From Girardia tigrina (taxonomy: Eukaryota): a DNA stretch of 57,629 nucleotides. Made by a program: the position numbers and the translations under genes. Shown here in pieces: positions 1-11,440 of this stretch. The stretch lies in assembly GCA_001938485.1 (NCBI GenBank), contig MQRK01250234.1, forward strand, positions 74,680 through 132,308. The letters are read 5' to 3'. The notes below the pieces were generated by a model. The model searched no databases and had not been told where the DNA came from. It saw only the letters and a program-made list of their open reading frames with translations. Positions within the stretch are counted from its first letter, which is position 1; each line of letters opens with the position of its first letter.

Positions 1-25
1 AGTGTACTTGCGTAGTGTAATTTGT

Positions 26-66
26 GACCTGATGATGGGAATTTTATTATCCCGAAACGCGTCGTC
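26..66 (+). ncRNA. Minimal type-I hammerhead ribozyme (PLE-type)
   Basis: GAC-CTGATGA-T-GGGA(attttatta)TCCC-GAA-ACGCGT-C-GTC. Core CUGANGA...GAAA intact, stem I GAC/GTC, stem II GGGA/TCCC, palindromic stem III ACGCGT, GUC cleavage triplet (cut after 63). Confidence 0.88.
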
Positions 67-78
67 TTGTTTTTATCC

Positions 79-82
<4 letters not shown>

Positions 83-119
<37 letters not shown>
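83..119. repeat. (TA)n microsatellite; similar tracts at about 4050-4101, 4328-4342, 7063-7201, 14266-14417, 14824-14842, 26906-26921, 27236-27268, 53655-53789
   Basis: Directly visible dinucleotide repeats. Confidence 0.97.
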
Positions 120-123
<4 letters not shown>

Positions 124-281
124 CATTAATTTCACAAAGTGAAAAATGACGAAACATCTTTTAAATAACCATTGATTATTTCCCAATTCATTACCTTTTT
201 TGTTCTTATCATGAGGTGGATTATTTATTGACAGAACAGATTTAAAAAATTACTAAAATAAAACCAAAAAAGAGTCTATAT

Positions 282-3104
282 CAGGTGTGGGCAACTACGG
301 CCTTTAAGGCCACTTGCGGCTTTAAAAATAAATGCGGCCTTCATGACAAGCTGAAATATCTGAAGCTCTAACGAAATATTTTGCGGCCTTGAAAAAACTA
401 TTGCGACCTTCATGACAAAAGGAAAAGTCGGCCAATTTTGCGGTCTTCAAGACAAATTGAAGAGTTTAGACTGTACAGACAATCACACTGTTCCCTCTCA
501 ACCACAAACATGTACTCCTAGATGAAACATATACAAGTAAAGCTGCAGCAACAGGTAAGTGAGTAAGTAGGTGAGAAAGAGGAAAAGAGATTCAGTAATA
601 AAACAATACCACATTAAATTATTACCCTGGTCAAAAGTCAACTTTTCAACCCATGAGTGAAATGAAAAATGCCAGATTAAAAATAAACTCTTTTTTAATA
701 AAATCATAATTAAATTATAATTAAATAAGAAAGAAAATAAAAGTAATAAAAGATAATTAAATGTGTAATTAATTTATTCCAATAAAAATGTTGACAAGCT
801 ATCAAATTTACAGATACTTTATCCATTTGTTTGAAGAAATATTTATATTGATTGTTATATGCCTAGATACTAAATAAATAACTTAAAAGATAAGGAAGCA
901 ATAAATCAATTAAATAAATATTAATTTGATATTTGTAATTTTAATAAAGAATATTTAATTAAATTTTGAAGTATTTTTATTAAAATTAAAGAATTTATTT
1001 TTAATCTGTTATTTTTCATTTCACATGTGTGAAAATAGACTTCCCCTGGCTGTAACGCTTGACTCATTCTCGTTTTATCACTTTTGTTCATCACCCACGA
1101 AGCATTATCACAACAAATGGCTAATGTTGCAGCAGCCAGCCACCAAAAAGTCCAGGAAGATAGAATCTGAAAACCAACTGTTCAATCCAGACTGGGTGGT
1201 GGATTTATATATGATAAAGAGTGGCAACTCAATGATCTGTCTAAGATACAAGCAACAAAAAACAACTTTGAAGCACTCAAATGACAAGCAACATTATGAC
1301 TGTTGTAAGTCGCATGCGAAATACATGGCCTTTCAGGGTGAGGCAAGAAAGCAAGCATACGACACAATGAATTCCAATCACATGAATGAATAAACAATGT
1401 TCTCTAAGTTCAAGTCAATGTTCTCATAGTCCCGAAGTGGAGGTAACATTCAGAGTTGCCTTTCTGCTAGATGCTGCAGGGAAACCATATGCTGATGCCG
1501 AGCTATTCAAATCATGTTTGCTGGAAGTTGTACAATGTCTGCAGCCATCACACCTTAAAGAATACAAAGACTGGGTGGTCAAAATACAAAAACTCTCTCT
1601 CGAAGAACGGTTTTGAGGCGACAGGAACAGTTGGCTGCCAACGTCTTGCAACAACTGAATGAAATTTGTAAGTAACTTGATGTCTTATTCTCTGTGGCAT
1701 TAGATGAATCGTGTGATGCCACTGATACGACACAGTTACTGATCTTCATTCGCACTTCAACATCATCTTTTGACATCCATGAAGAACTCCTATCTCTTGC
1801 TAGTTCACATTCTACAACACGTGCAGCTGACATCCTTGCAGCGTTCAACAATGTATGTGTCGAAAAAGGAATCGACATAAGCAAACTTTTTGGCATGTGA
1901 TTAGTCGGTGCACCTGCAATGGTATGCAGAACAGGCGGCTTTGTGAAACTTCTCAAAAATCAAATTCGTACGAAATTCCCTGATTCTCGCAGTCTGGCTG
2001 CCTTCTTTTCACTTCACTGCATCATTCATCAACAAGCACTGTGTGCCAAGTCGGTTACACTGGGTAACACCATGGAAGAGACCATTGCCCTTACTAATTT
2101 CATACGTGCTCGTACCCGTAACCATCGTCAGTTCAGAGAACTTCTTCATGATGATGAATCAACTGAAAATGAAGACATTTTGTACCACACAAATGTTCGT
2201 CGGCTATCTACAGGAAGAGTCGTAAAAGGAATCTTTGAGTTGCAAGACCAAATCAAAGAATTTTACACCTCAAAAAGTGTGGAATGTAAACTATCACTTT
2301 CTAATGATATCACTTTATGTTTGAAGCTTGCATTCCTTGGAGATAATTTTGAACACTTGAATGGTCTCAACATACAGTTTCAAAAATCAAACTATATGTG
2401 ACCTGTGGCCTTATATCAAAGTGTTCATGCGAAAATTGAAGCTGTTTAACAGCAAGTTTGAGAGAAAGTTATTGATTACTGTTGACCACTTTCCCCTTCT
2501 ACATGAATTGATTACCAGACATCCTAATGCAGAAATTAAATGTGATATGTTCACTTTACTAATTGCTGAGTTTGACACACGATTCTAAGACTTCCGATGA
2601 CAAGAGGATAAGTTGTGCTTGGTATATGAGCCTCATTTACTCGAACCTGAGACTGTGGCGGAATTATATCAATTGGAGATTTTGGAGCTCAGTGAGGATG
2701 CCGTCTTTCGTCATATTTAAATGCAGCATACTGTGGATTTGGTTGGAAGAGTTCTGTTCAATATCCCAATCACATATATATGTGAAAGTGCTTTTTGCAC
2801 ATGAAATACTTTAAGTGTAAGCATCGTACAGTGTTGACTGACGCTCATTTACAAGATCAATTACGTTTGAAAACAACTAATTTTGAGCCGCCTTTTACTT
2901 GTCTAGCACAAATATGAAAAACAGATTAACACATTTTCTTGCTTTGTCTCTGTGTATTATTGTTTTATCAGTATTATACAATAGCTGTATATATGTACAA
3001 TTTGATGAATTTATACAAGAATATTGGTGAAATCAAAATGCAGCCTTCGATGTTACTAATAAGTGTCATGCGGCCTTCGGCTGTAAAAAGGTTGCCCACA
3101 CCTG
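282..3104 (+). mobile_element. Full-length hAT DNA transposon (Charlie/SPIN/Buster-like), decayed
   Basis: Perfect 14-bp TIRs CAGGTGTGGGCAAC (282-295) and GTTGCCCACACCTG (3091-3104). 8-bp TSD GTCTATAT (274-281) vs GTCTAAAT (3105-3112), 7/8 match and close to the NTCTAGAN target of Charlie-type hATs. Subterminal TGCGGCCTT repeats. Confidence 0.95.
1124..2935 (+). pseudogene. hAT transposase pseudogene (GTF2IRD2/SPIN-like), with frameshifts and stops
   Basis: Fragments in the expected order: KKSRKIESENQLFNPDW; ALDESCDATDTTQLLIFIR (first catalytic D); LHCIIHQQALCAK (CxxH); ILYHTNVRRLSTG; LAFLGD..HLNGLNIQFQ; C-terminal KHRTVLTDAHLQDQLRLKTT. Confidence 0.9.
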
Positions 3105-4050
3105 GTCTAAATAATATAAGTATTGTTATTGTTACTAAGATCCCACTAATAAAATCCTAAACAAAATATAACTTTATTAGTTGAGACAAGCCTAAACTTT
3201 TTGATTTAGAAAAAGTGATTCTCTTGGCTTTTTAAAAACTTAAATTTGAGAATAAGAAAAAATAAACATATATTTTTACATATACTAATACATATACCAA
3301 ATATTTAATAATATGTATAAATATATAAATTTTAGTATAAATATAAAATTTGAAGAAAGATTTACAATTTACGTAATATATACCTTGCAGAAGAATTGAA
3401 AAATAATATAAGAAACTTTCTCCACACCCATAACATCAAATCATTACTTTCAAACAGTTATTTGTATTTGAATAAAATAAAATATTTAATATATTTATGT
3501 ATTTATTTGAATATTTTTCGAAAACATGTAAAACTTATACAGTCTCTGTTGCTGTCAATTTTTGTAAATCAGTTAAAAAACATTTTTAAATTAAAGATTT
3601 ATATTTCTTTTTCAGTTCTATTTCTAGTTTTTTTAAAATTTTTCTTCATGTTTTGTTTTAAAAACTATTTCTAATTTTTTATAATTTATAATCACTGAAT
3701 AAATTATTAAAATAAATAAATTTACTTTATAAATACTTCAAAAATACTTTATTGAAAAAACTTTGTTGCAATAGTAATTTAATAATTTACTTTAATAATA
3801 ATTTTAAGTAATAATTAATAAAAATACGTAAAAATGTGTAAATATTTTTGGAAAATAAATTCAAATATTTTCGTCAGCCGAATTTATTTTTATGAAAAAT
3901 TAATTAATTTCGTCTTTTCCAATTTAGATGTTTAATAAAAGTTTGATTAAGGCAAAGTTCTAAACCATATAATGTAATAATAGCAAAAAAAATAATGTAA
4001 TAGTAGCAAAAGAAAATAGTAATGACATAATATTATTTTTTTGAACATAT

Positions 4051-4107
<57 letters not shown>

Positions 4108-4380
4108 TTGTGATTAAAGAATTTCTGTAGTGATTATAAACAAATGTGTTTGATGAAGATTTGTTTATTTAAAATTATTAAAAAAATTAAAACATTAAAT
4201 TTAGATTTGATTCAGTCTATTCCTTTTTATGTTAATATTTTTTAGTTATTTTAATAGTAAAAAAGTTACAATTGTACTTAGAAATTCAAAAAGGCAGCCT
4301 TGGCAGACTCCATTTTTTAAAATAATCTATATATATATATATCGAAAAAATAATTTGATTAAAACTTTTTTTATATAATT

Positions 4381-4422
4381 ATTGGACATGTTTCGATGTT
4401 TGCATACATCATCATCAGTAAT
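4381..4422 (-). ncRNA. Minimal hammerhead ribozyme (PLE-type)
   Basis: Minus strand ATTA-CTGATGA-T-GATGT(atgcaa)ACATC-GAA-ACATGT-C-CAAT. Core intact, 5-bp stem II, palindromic stem III, GUC triplet. One mismatch in the stem I pair next to the core. Confidence 0.8.
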
Positions 4423-4499
4423 TTTTGGATGTTTAGTATATGAATATTGAATTAAGTATTAATTAAGTAATAACATTATGGTAACATTAGCAAATTATG

Positions 4500-4755
4500 T
4501 ACAGATGCACGAGTTAAAAAACAATTAAAAGAAGAAAATACTGAAAAATACAAACAAATCATTAAAATTCCATATACTGAAGGATTTAGAGCTTTTAAGA
4601 AGAGTATTTGTAGAACAATAAGTAGTGCTAAAGTAGTCTCTGTCACATTCAAAGTTCAAAGTTTCTTCTCAAACAAATCGAAAACAGTTTGTGATTTGCA
4701 AGATAATCTGGTATATAAATTTAATTGTCACGGGTGTCAAAACTCGTACATTGAA
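4500..4755 (+). mobile_element. Penelope-like element fragment (RT-EN linker and first half of GIY-YIG)
   Basis: IKIPYTEGF...KVQSFFSNKSKTVCDLQDNLVYKFNCHGCQNSYI; homologous to the PLE copies at 22.2 and 38.9 kb. Confidence 0.8.
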
Positions 4756-4759
4756 AGGA

Positions 4760-4907
4760 TACTGGACGACTGGCAATTTTGTTTCAGACTAAACAGAAGC
4801 ACAGCACACGCGATTGGTATCTTACGAAAAATACAAGAAGAGGCCAGATACCGGAACATAAACGTATTTGCTATTTTTATCGACCTTGAAAAGGCATTTT
4901 ATGACGT
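4760..4907 (+). mobile_element. Non-LTR (LINE, RTE-like) reverse transcriptase fragment
   Basis: QFCFRLNRSTAHAI...FAIFIDLEKAFYDV matches the LINE RT QxGFRxxRST...FIDLxKAFDxV region. Confidence 0.8.
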
Positions 4908-4949
4908 TAAATATGGATACAGAAGAAGATTTGTTGGAAACACTGTTTA

Positions 4950-5200
4950 TTAGTTTAGATGTTATCTTTATATCTAGATATTTAGCAATATTGGACTGAG
5001 ATGTACGGATCATAGATAGAACCGGTTGCATTAGAACTCCATCTTTATTTACTTTAGGAAGACCATATAATTTTGCTTGTTGATAAGCAGACACATTAAG
5101 TAAGTCAAAAACATCTTTCGTTATATGTACATCATTTAAAAGGTTTTCTAACAACGATAACAAGTATTCTTCATCTTTCATTGGGTGCAATTTTCCATTT
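4950..5200 (-). mobile_element. Penelope-like element RT N-terminal fragment
   Basis: QAKLYGLPKVNKDGVLMQPVLSMIRTSQSNIAKYLD matches the PLE motif LYGLPKxHKxxxPxRPIxS. Confidence 0.8.
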
Positions 5201-7088
5201 TGTCTAAATTTCTTAATTTTATGGAATTGTGGGCAAATGAAAACATTATTCATTTTATTATTCATTTTACCGAAGCCCTTCATGTATACATTTGTTTGAC
5301 TTTATCATTGAAGATAATTCTTTTTCTGTTTAACTATTTCTTTAGGTCTGGAAATAGAAATTAGTGATAGAGAGCGAAATCCTGAGAATACGGTGACGAA
5401 AGCAATTCATAGCACAATTGATGAAATTAGAACATTTCATAAGGAAATTAATTAAAAACATCTCAAAATTAATCCTTTTCTAAAGTATTGGATTTCTTTA
5501 TCAAGGCAAATCTTTTGAAATCGAGGACTCTTTTACTTGACTTAATAATTTGGCAACTATGAAGGTCAAATAATTTTTGTTTCTTTCAAAAATACATTGT
5601 AAAAATATTAATGTTTGCTCCTTTTAAAGTCAAAGCTCAATTAAACCTAAATTAGTATTTCGTAGTCGACTAATTTATGTTGTCGGATGTCACATTTTAG
5701 ACATTAATTAAAATATAATTTTTAGGTTTTATATAAATAACAAACTCATTGCAATAGTTACTAATTACTTGTCTAAGCAATATTAATCTATAAATAATAT
5801 TTATAATATTTATTTTCCTTGACGCCGAGTAAAGGAAATTATTTTTTATCTTTGTTTTTTTTATTTTTTATGTCTGTTTGATGTTAGATTACCGTAATAT
5901 TATTTTGTCTTTGATTACTTACAATGTATTATTAATTTCATTTCTTACATTTTTATAAGAATAATTATATATTTGTCCTATTCAAAGAGCTCATAGTAAT
6001 TTTCTATAATTAATATTAATAATTTATATAACAAATAATAAATTTTAAATATTTTAAATACAACTATTAAGAAATTATTCTTGTTTGTTTAATAAAACGT
6101 AACGGATATATTAAAAAGAAAAGTATTCCAAAATATCCATAAACAATTATAAGTTTTGAAAAATTCAATAATAATATTATATTATTTTTCTATTCTCTTC
6201 TTCCATAAAAATGCATAAATTGGCTGAATATAAACGAAATTTGAATAATAAAGAAATTGGTTCTACTGAAGTTGAAAATTAGATTTTCTTTTCTATATTT
6301 TTTTATTTTTCGCAAATAAAATTGTATTCATATTTTTATTTTAATTTTAATAGATGAAAACTTGTTTGTTTATTATTTTAGTATTTTTTATACGGTAAAA
6401 AAGAAATATGATAATTAATTTTAAAAAAATAATATTTTTCATGATTTTTTTTACACTTTATCAATGCAAAAAATAGTAAAAAAATCAAAAGGTTATAAAA
6501 TATGTTTTAAATATAAATAAAAAGAAAATTTTTTAAAATAAAAAAAGATAAAATCATTAAATTATTGAAAAATATAATACATGACAAATTAGAAAACAAT
6601 GAAAAGTTTTAAATTTGAGAGTTTCAATTCAAGAGGAAATTTCAGATGTACCTTTCGTGGTTTAATAAAGTGCACATATACATCCAAAGCATGCAGAACA
6701 ATGAAAGTCAAAAAGGTCTCAGAGATCGATCAATATGAATGCATATCGAACATATTGGGGGATGCTATGCATTCTTAAGTTTGGATGGACCATATAAAAA
6801 GCCTAGAGGATAAATATTATTGTAGAAGAAAGGAAGCAAATCGTCTTCTAAGCTACTCATAGAGTAGCAATTTTATCTCATAAACTATTTAAATCTGTCC
6901 CTAAATTTTTTTGAACTTCAGACTTCTGAACCTAGGTGTTTCAGAAAGTTTATACTGACTTGTGTGACTGCTTCAAAAGAATGTGACTTTTTAGATGCAT
7001 GATATCTAATAAATATTTCTATGTAATATGGTATGTTTTACCTGGAAATTTTTATTTCCCCTGTATATATATATATATATATATATAT

Positions 7089-7138
7089 NNNNNNNNNNNN
7101 NNNNNNNNNNNNNNNNNNNNNNNNNNNNNNNNNNNNNN
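7089..7138. other. Assembly gap (50 N); others at 14304-14353, 23476-23674, 47036-47085, 53683-53771
   Basis: N runs. The three 50-N gaps have the same sequence on both sides, which indicates unmerged contig overlaps. Confidence 0.97.
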
Positions 7139-7157
7139 CTGGAAATTTTTATTTCCC

Positions 7158-7205
<48 letters not shown>

Positions 7206-10200
7206 TAAAACTTTTTAAAAACTATGAATATCATAACATAATTGATATTTTAAAATTATATAAGCCATTATAAATTTACAATATTAAAATATTGTTTTTT
7301 TTAAATATTTTGATTCGTCTTACAAATTTTTAATGAATTTCCTTTGATTAATCATTTCTATCCAGAATGAGCAAAATCTTTTGAGTAAAAATCTTCAAAA
7401 CATTTAATAAAAAGTAATTTTGTAATCATCAAAACTAATAAATTTAATATAAACTTGTTAATTTACTATTTTCGATAATCATATTTTCAAAAATGTATTT
7501 ATTAATATTCAGAAATATATGCTCACAAAATAAATATATTTTTTTTAATTTCAAATAAATTTAGGAAAAACAATTTGATGCTTCTGTAAAAATAAATATT
7601 GTATATTTCATTTAAATAAAATCAAATTATATTATTTATATTTCAAAGTACTTTTATATTATAACGATAATATTATGTTATTTTTTTAATTATTTAAATA
7701 TTTTTGATATATTTTATACTTATTAAATTAGTAATTTAATAAATTCAATATAAAAATTGATTTTTAAGTAATAATTTTCTATTTTCTAATTTTTTTGGTT
7801 TTAGTCTAATAATTTTTATTTGCAAATATATGTTCATTTATTTAGGTTTAATTTTTTATAAAATCTTTTTTTAAAATAAGGATAAAATAATTAAAAATTG
7901 TCTTTTATCAAGCATTGAATGATAAAAAAAATCTAAATAAAGTTTTATTCGAATAAAAATAGTCATAAAATATTCTACTTCGATGCTCATGTTTACTATT
8001 TGCTTCTGTTCAGATAAGATAGAGAAATTAAAACAAAATCTTTTTTTCTTAATGAATTACCCATAATTTTCTAAATGCATTCAACAGTAAAAATAAAGTA
8101 AAGCTCAACAGATTCTGTTATGTCTCTTTATAAACAGGTTTATTTCTTTTCATTTACCTTTATTACTTAAGTTATAGTTTACCAAAATAAATATCAAAAA
8201 TACTCAATAAATTTAATATTTTATTATATAAATAAAATAATTTATTATTTTTTACATCAGAAGTTTTTAGAACACTATAATCATTTCACTATTATATTGG
8301 TATCATAAGTAGAATGATGTTTTGTACACTCAAATTTCCTGATGCATTAAATAATAAAATAGTTTTTATTTATATATTAATAAAGTCAGTAGTAGTTTAT
8401 TGTAGAAAAACTATTAAATGTTAACCAAAAATAGAAAGAAAACTTTAAAAAAACAAATATAAGTATAATTTGTCTATCTCTATAATATAAGGTATTTATT
8501 TTTCAGGAAATTGTTTAAAAATAAAAGATATAATGAGAGAAGCATTAAAGATAAAGATTCATGGCTTTAGATATCACATAACGACGGATAATTAACAAAT
8601 TATGCGATAAAAAATTTTTGTGACATTCAAAGTGAAAAAGATAAACTTAATTACCATGGACTGTATCGAAATTCCAACATATAGGAGACAAATCGTCATC
8701 ATGAAACATGAATTTTGGAGCATTCACAATTGAGTGTATCGAGTAAGATTCTTGACCACAAGTTACTTTGCAAGAATGAAATTTCACCCACTTTAAAATT
8801 TGATTTTTCTAATTTCTAATAAAACGTTTTTAGTATGTTTTAATATATACCTATAATAAGGTAGGTCACAACAGTGTATATTATTCGTTGTTATCTTAAA
8901 GGATCACCAATAATACACACTATTTAACATATATAAATATATAGATAAGATACCTACGTTTTATAAAAAGAACGTTCTTCATCAATGAAAAAGGTTTTTT
9001 CTCGAAATATTCAACACAGAATTAATTTTTTGATTGATGTAAAAAAACGAGTTTTTCTTTGATAGTCTGTAATCGTGCATAGATTGCTTGTTATTTGTAT
9101 AACGCGTCACAACAATTATCATTATAATTATCTTTTAAGGAATGAGTAGTAGAAATTTTTTGATGAAACGAAACAGAGTTTAAATAAGAAGATTTAAGAT
9201 CTTTAATTTATGTCAACGATTTAGCATCTGTGCGATCATCGAATCTTTCAACCAATCTTGTATAAAGATTGATCACTGGTTGTCTTCTAATAACCACTTT
9301 ACGATACATCTGAAGATTTGAATGCAACTGATTGTGAATCCGTATCAATTCGATTGCAAATCGTCTGTTAAAGTTGATTAATTTTAAAAAATTGATTATG
9401 AATCAAATGAATATAAAAATTGTTACTTTTATGTCGTTGCAGATGTCATTGGTTTGGTGATTGTTATCATCAGAGCTCTAATTTTAATGTATGCTCGAAA
9501 AGACTACAAATGTATAGTATGGACTAATCCCTGAATGAGGCAAAAAAGCTCTTGAGGATTATTATTCCAGACAAACCATCCGGCAAAATAAGTATCAATC
9601 AATTATTAACTGATTGATGGTTATATATATATATATATATATCTAATGATGAAAACTATTTTTAAAAGGCGCGTGTTAATATTAATGTATTGAATCAGTA
9701 TGTCATGATATCATTACGGTCTATGGGGCGATATTTACATTGAGAAGCATTAAACACAAAAAAAATCCAAAACAAAAGTCAGGCTTTCATTTACATTTTC
9801 TATAAAACTTTTACAGATTATGATTTTTGCAATCAGTAACATTTTGTAACAAACTTGTAACATTTCAAAACTTGTATTTTAAAGTTTTTTTTATACTTAT
9901 AATAGATGTACTATCACACTTCTTTAATATGTTTTGGTTTTAAAAAACCAAAAATAATAAAAGTACTTGTATAAAAATTAAAATCTTTTTGTCGGTGGAG
10001 ATTTTATTGATCTAGAATTCAAGGAGATTTTCATTCAACGAAATAAAATGAATTAAATGTACAGAAGAAAGGAATAATACAAAAAGGAAAATAAAATGTT
10101 CTACAAAATATAACTGTTTGTAAATTGCGGAATTTCTTATTTTCAGTAAACAAAAACTATTTTTCCTAAAATTTATAAAAAAACTTTCTCAAACAGAAAT

Positions 10201-11201
10201 GAAAAATAATATGGGTTTTTAATAAAAAAAATTTACCAATAGAAAAAAAACACGAAAATACTTTAATTATTTTTAAAATACAGAAATATACGATTTTTAT
10301 CTCAAGAAAATTTTATATCAGTTAATTAGTTTTAATGAAAACTGACTAAAATTTTAATTCAAACAAGAAATTGATTTTAACATTAAAATATTTTTATAAA
10401 ATCAAATATTTTATTAATATTAAAATGTGTTAAGAAAAAAATAATTATAATTATAATAATGATTTTTTTAATTTAATTGTAGTTTATATATTTCCTTTTA
10501 TAAGTTAGATATATTTTATTTTATTATTTTCTTTTATTATCAAAGATATTTAATATATTATTTCACTTTTGTTTCACTTATTTAATAAATATTTCACGGA
10601 CTCTCGGTTATCTCTTTTATCATTAAATCCTAATATTCATTGCTAAAAGCTGATTTTGTTTCAATTTTAGATGACATTCTCATTTGGTTGGGATTTCTTG
10701 ACTTTCTTTTTATTAATTATTTGACGGATAATTTATGGAAATTTCGGTCTATTTCAGCTTTGTCATAAAAGATAAATATTCAAATACAGACTTTTTCCAT
10801 ATTTGTTTTAATTTAAAAAGGAAATAATCCACAAATATTTATATTTTTGTTTGATATGATTAGTACAAAATACTCGATTTTCTAGTACAAAAAAAACAAA
10901 TAAAAAATCAAATTATACTTATAATATAATATTTAAAATAAAAAATTATCGATAAAATCAAAAATATTATTTTTTACATTTAATTTTTATAATAAAATAT
11001 TATATTTAGATAAAAGCAAAAGTTTTAATTATTTTGTTCATAAAATAAATTATTAATTATTGTCGAATATGTGCAAAATTTGATATGGTTTATATTATAT
11101 AATACTTTTATGATTGCGTACTGAAATGTGATACTATTTAGTGATGTCTGTCTGTTTGTGTGAGGGATGTTTTATTTTTTATATGTGGAATATGTATATT
11201 T

Positions 11202-11318
11202 ACTTCTGACACCAAATGTTAAATGTGACTTTTCAGGTATATAATAACTTATGGTGTGAAAACTCACTTTTAATATAGTATTAAAATTTAAAATCATACA
11301 ATAAACTTGTATTTAACA
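11202..11318 (-). mobile_element. Short (102-bp) LTR with adjacent primer-binding site
   Basis: 11217-11318 is bounded by TGTTAAAT...ATTTAACA (TG..CA, 8-bp inverted ends). On the minus strand it is followed by TT + TGGTGTCAGAAGT (11202-11214), complementary to a tRNA-Leu 3' end including CCA. Confidence 0.7.
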
Positions 11319-11325
11319 TAACAAG

Positions 11326-11440
11326 TGTGAGGGATAATTTGGAATGTTGTAAGTTTGTTGTTTGTATGCTGTTTAGATTTGTGACTCTCCTACTCAGATG
11401 GGATTGATATGTTATTTGATTAATTATTTGAATGTAATGA
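11326..11440 (-). repeat. Dispersed repeat ending ...CCTCACA (putative LTR terminus); close copy at 25061-25172, related ends at 32675, 34345 and 41195
   Basis: 11328-11440 aligns by eye with 25061-25172. Three plus-strand segments end in AAAATATTCCTCACA, two of them preceded by TCTGGGTGG. Confidence 0.6.

Noticed and set aside
6620-7062. Possible Tc1/mariner-superfamily remnant ending in a TIR-like CCCCTG before TA
   Set aside because: No catalytic motif could be read with confidence and no second TIR was found.
7041-7201. Duplications flanking the 50-N gaps (also around 14304-14353 and 47036-47085)
   Set aside because: Identical sequence on both sides of fixed-size gaps points to unmerged contig overlaps, not real repeats.
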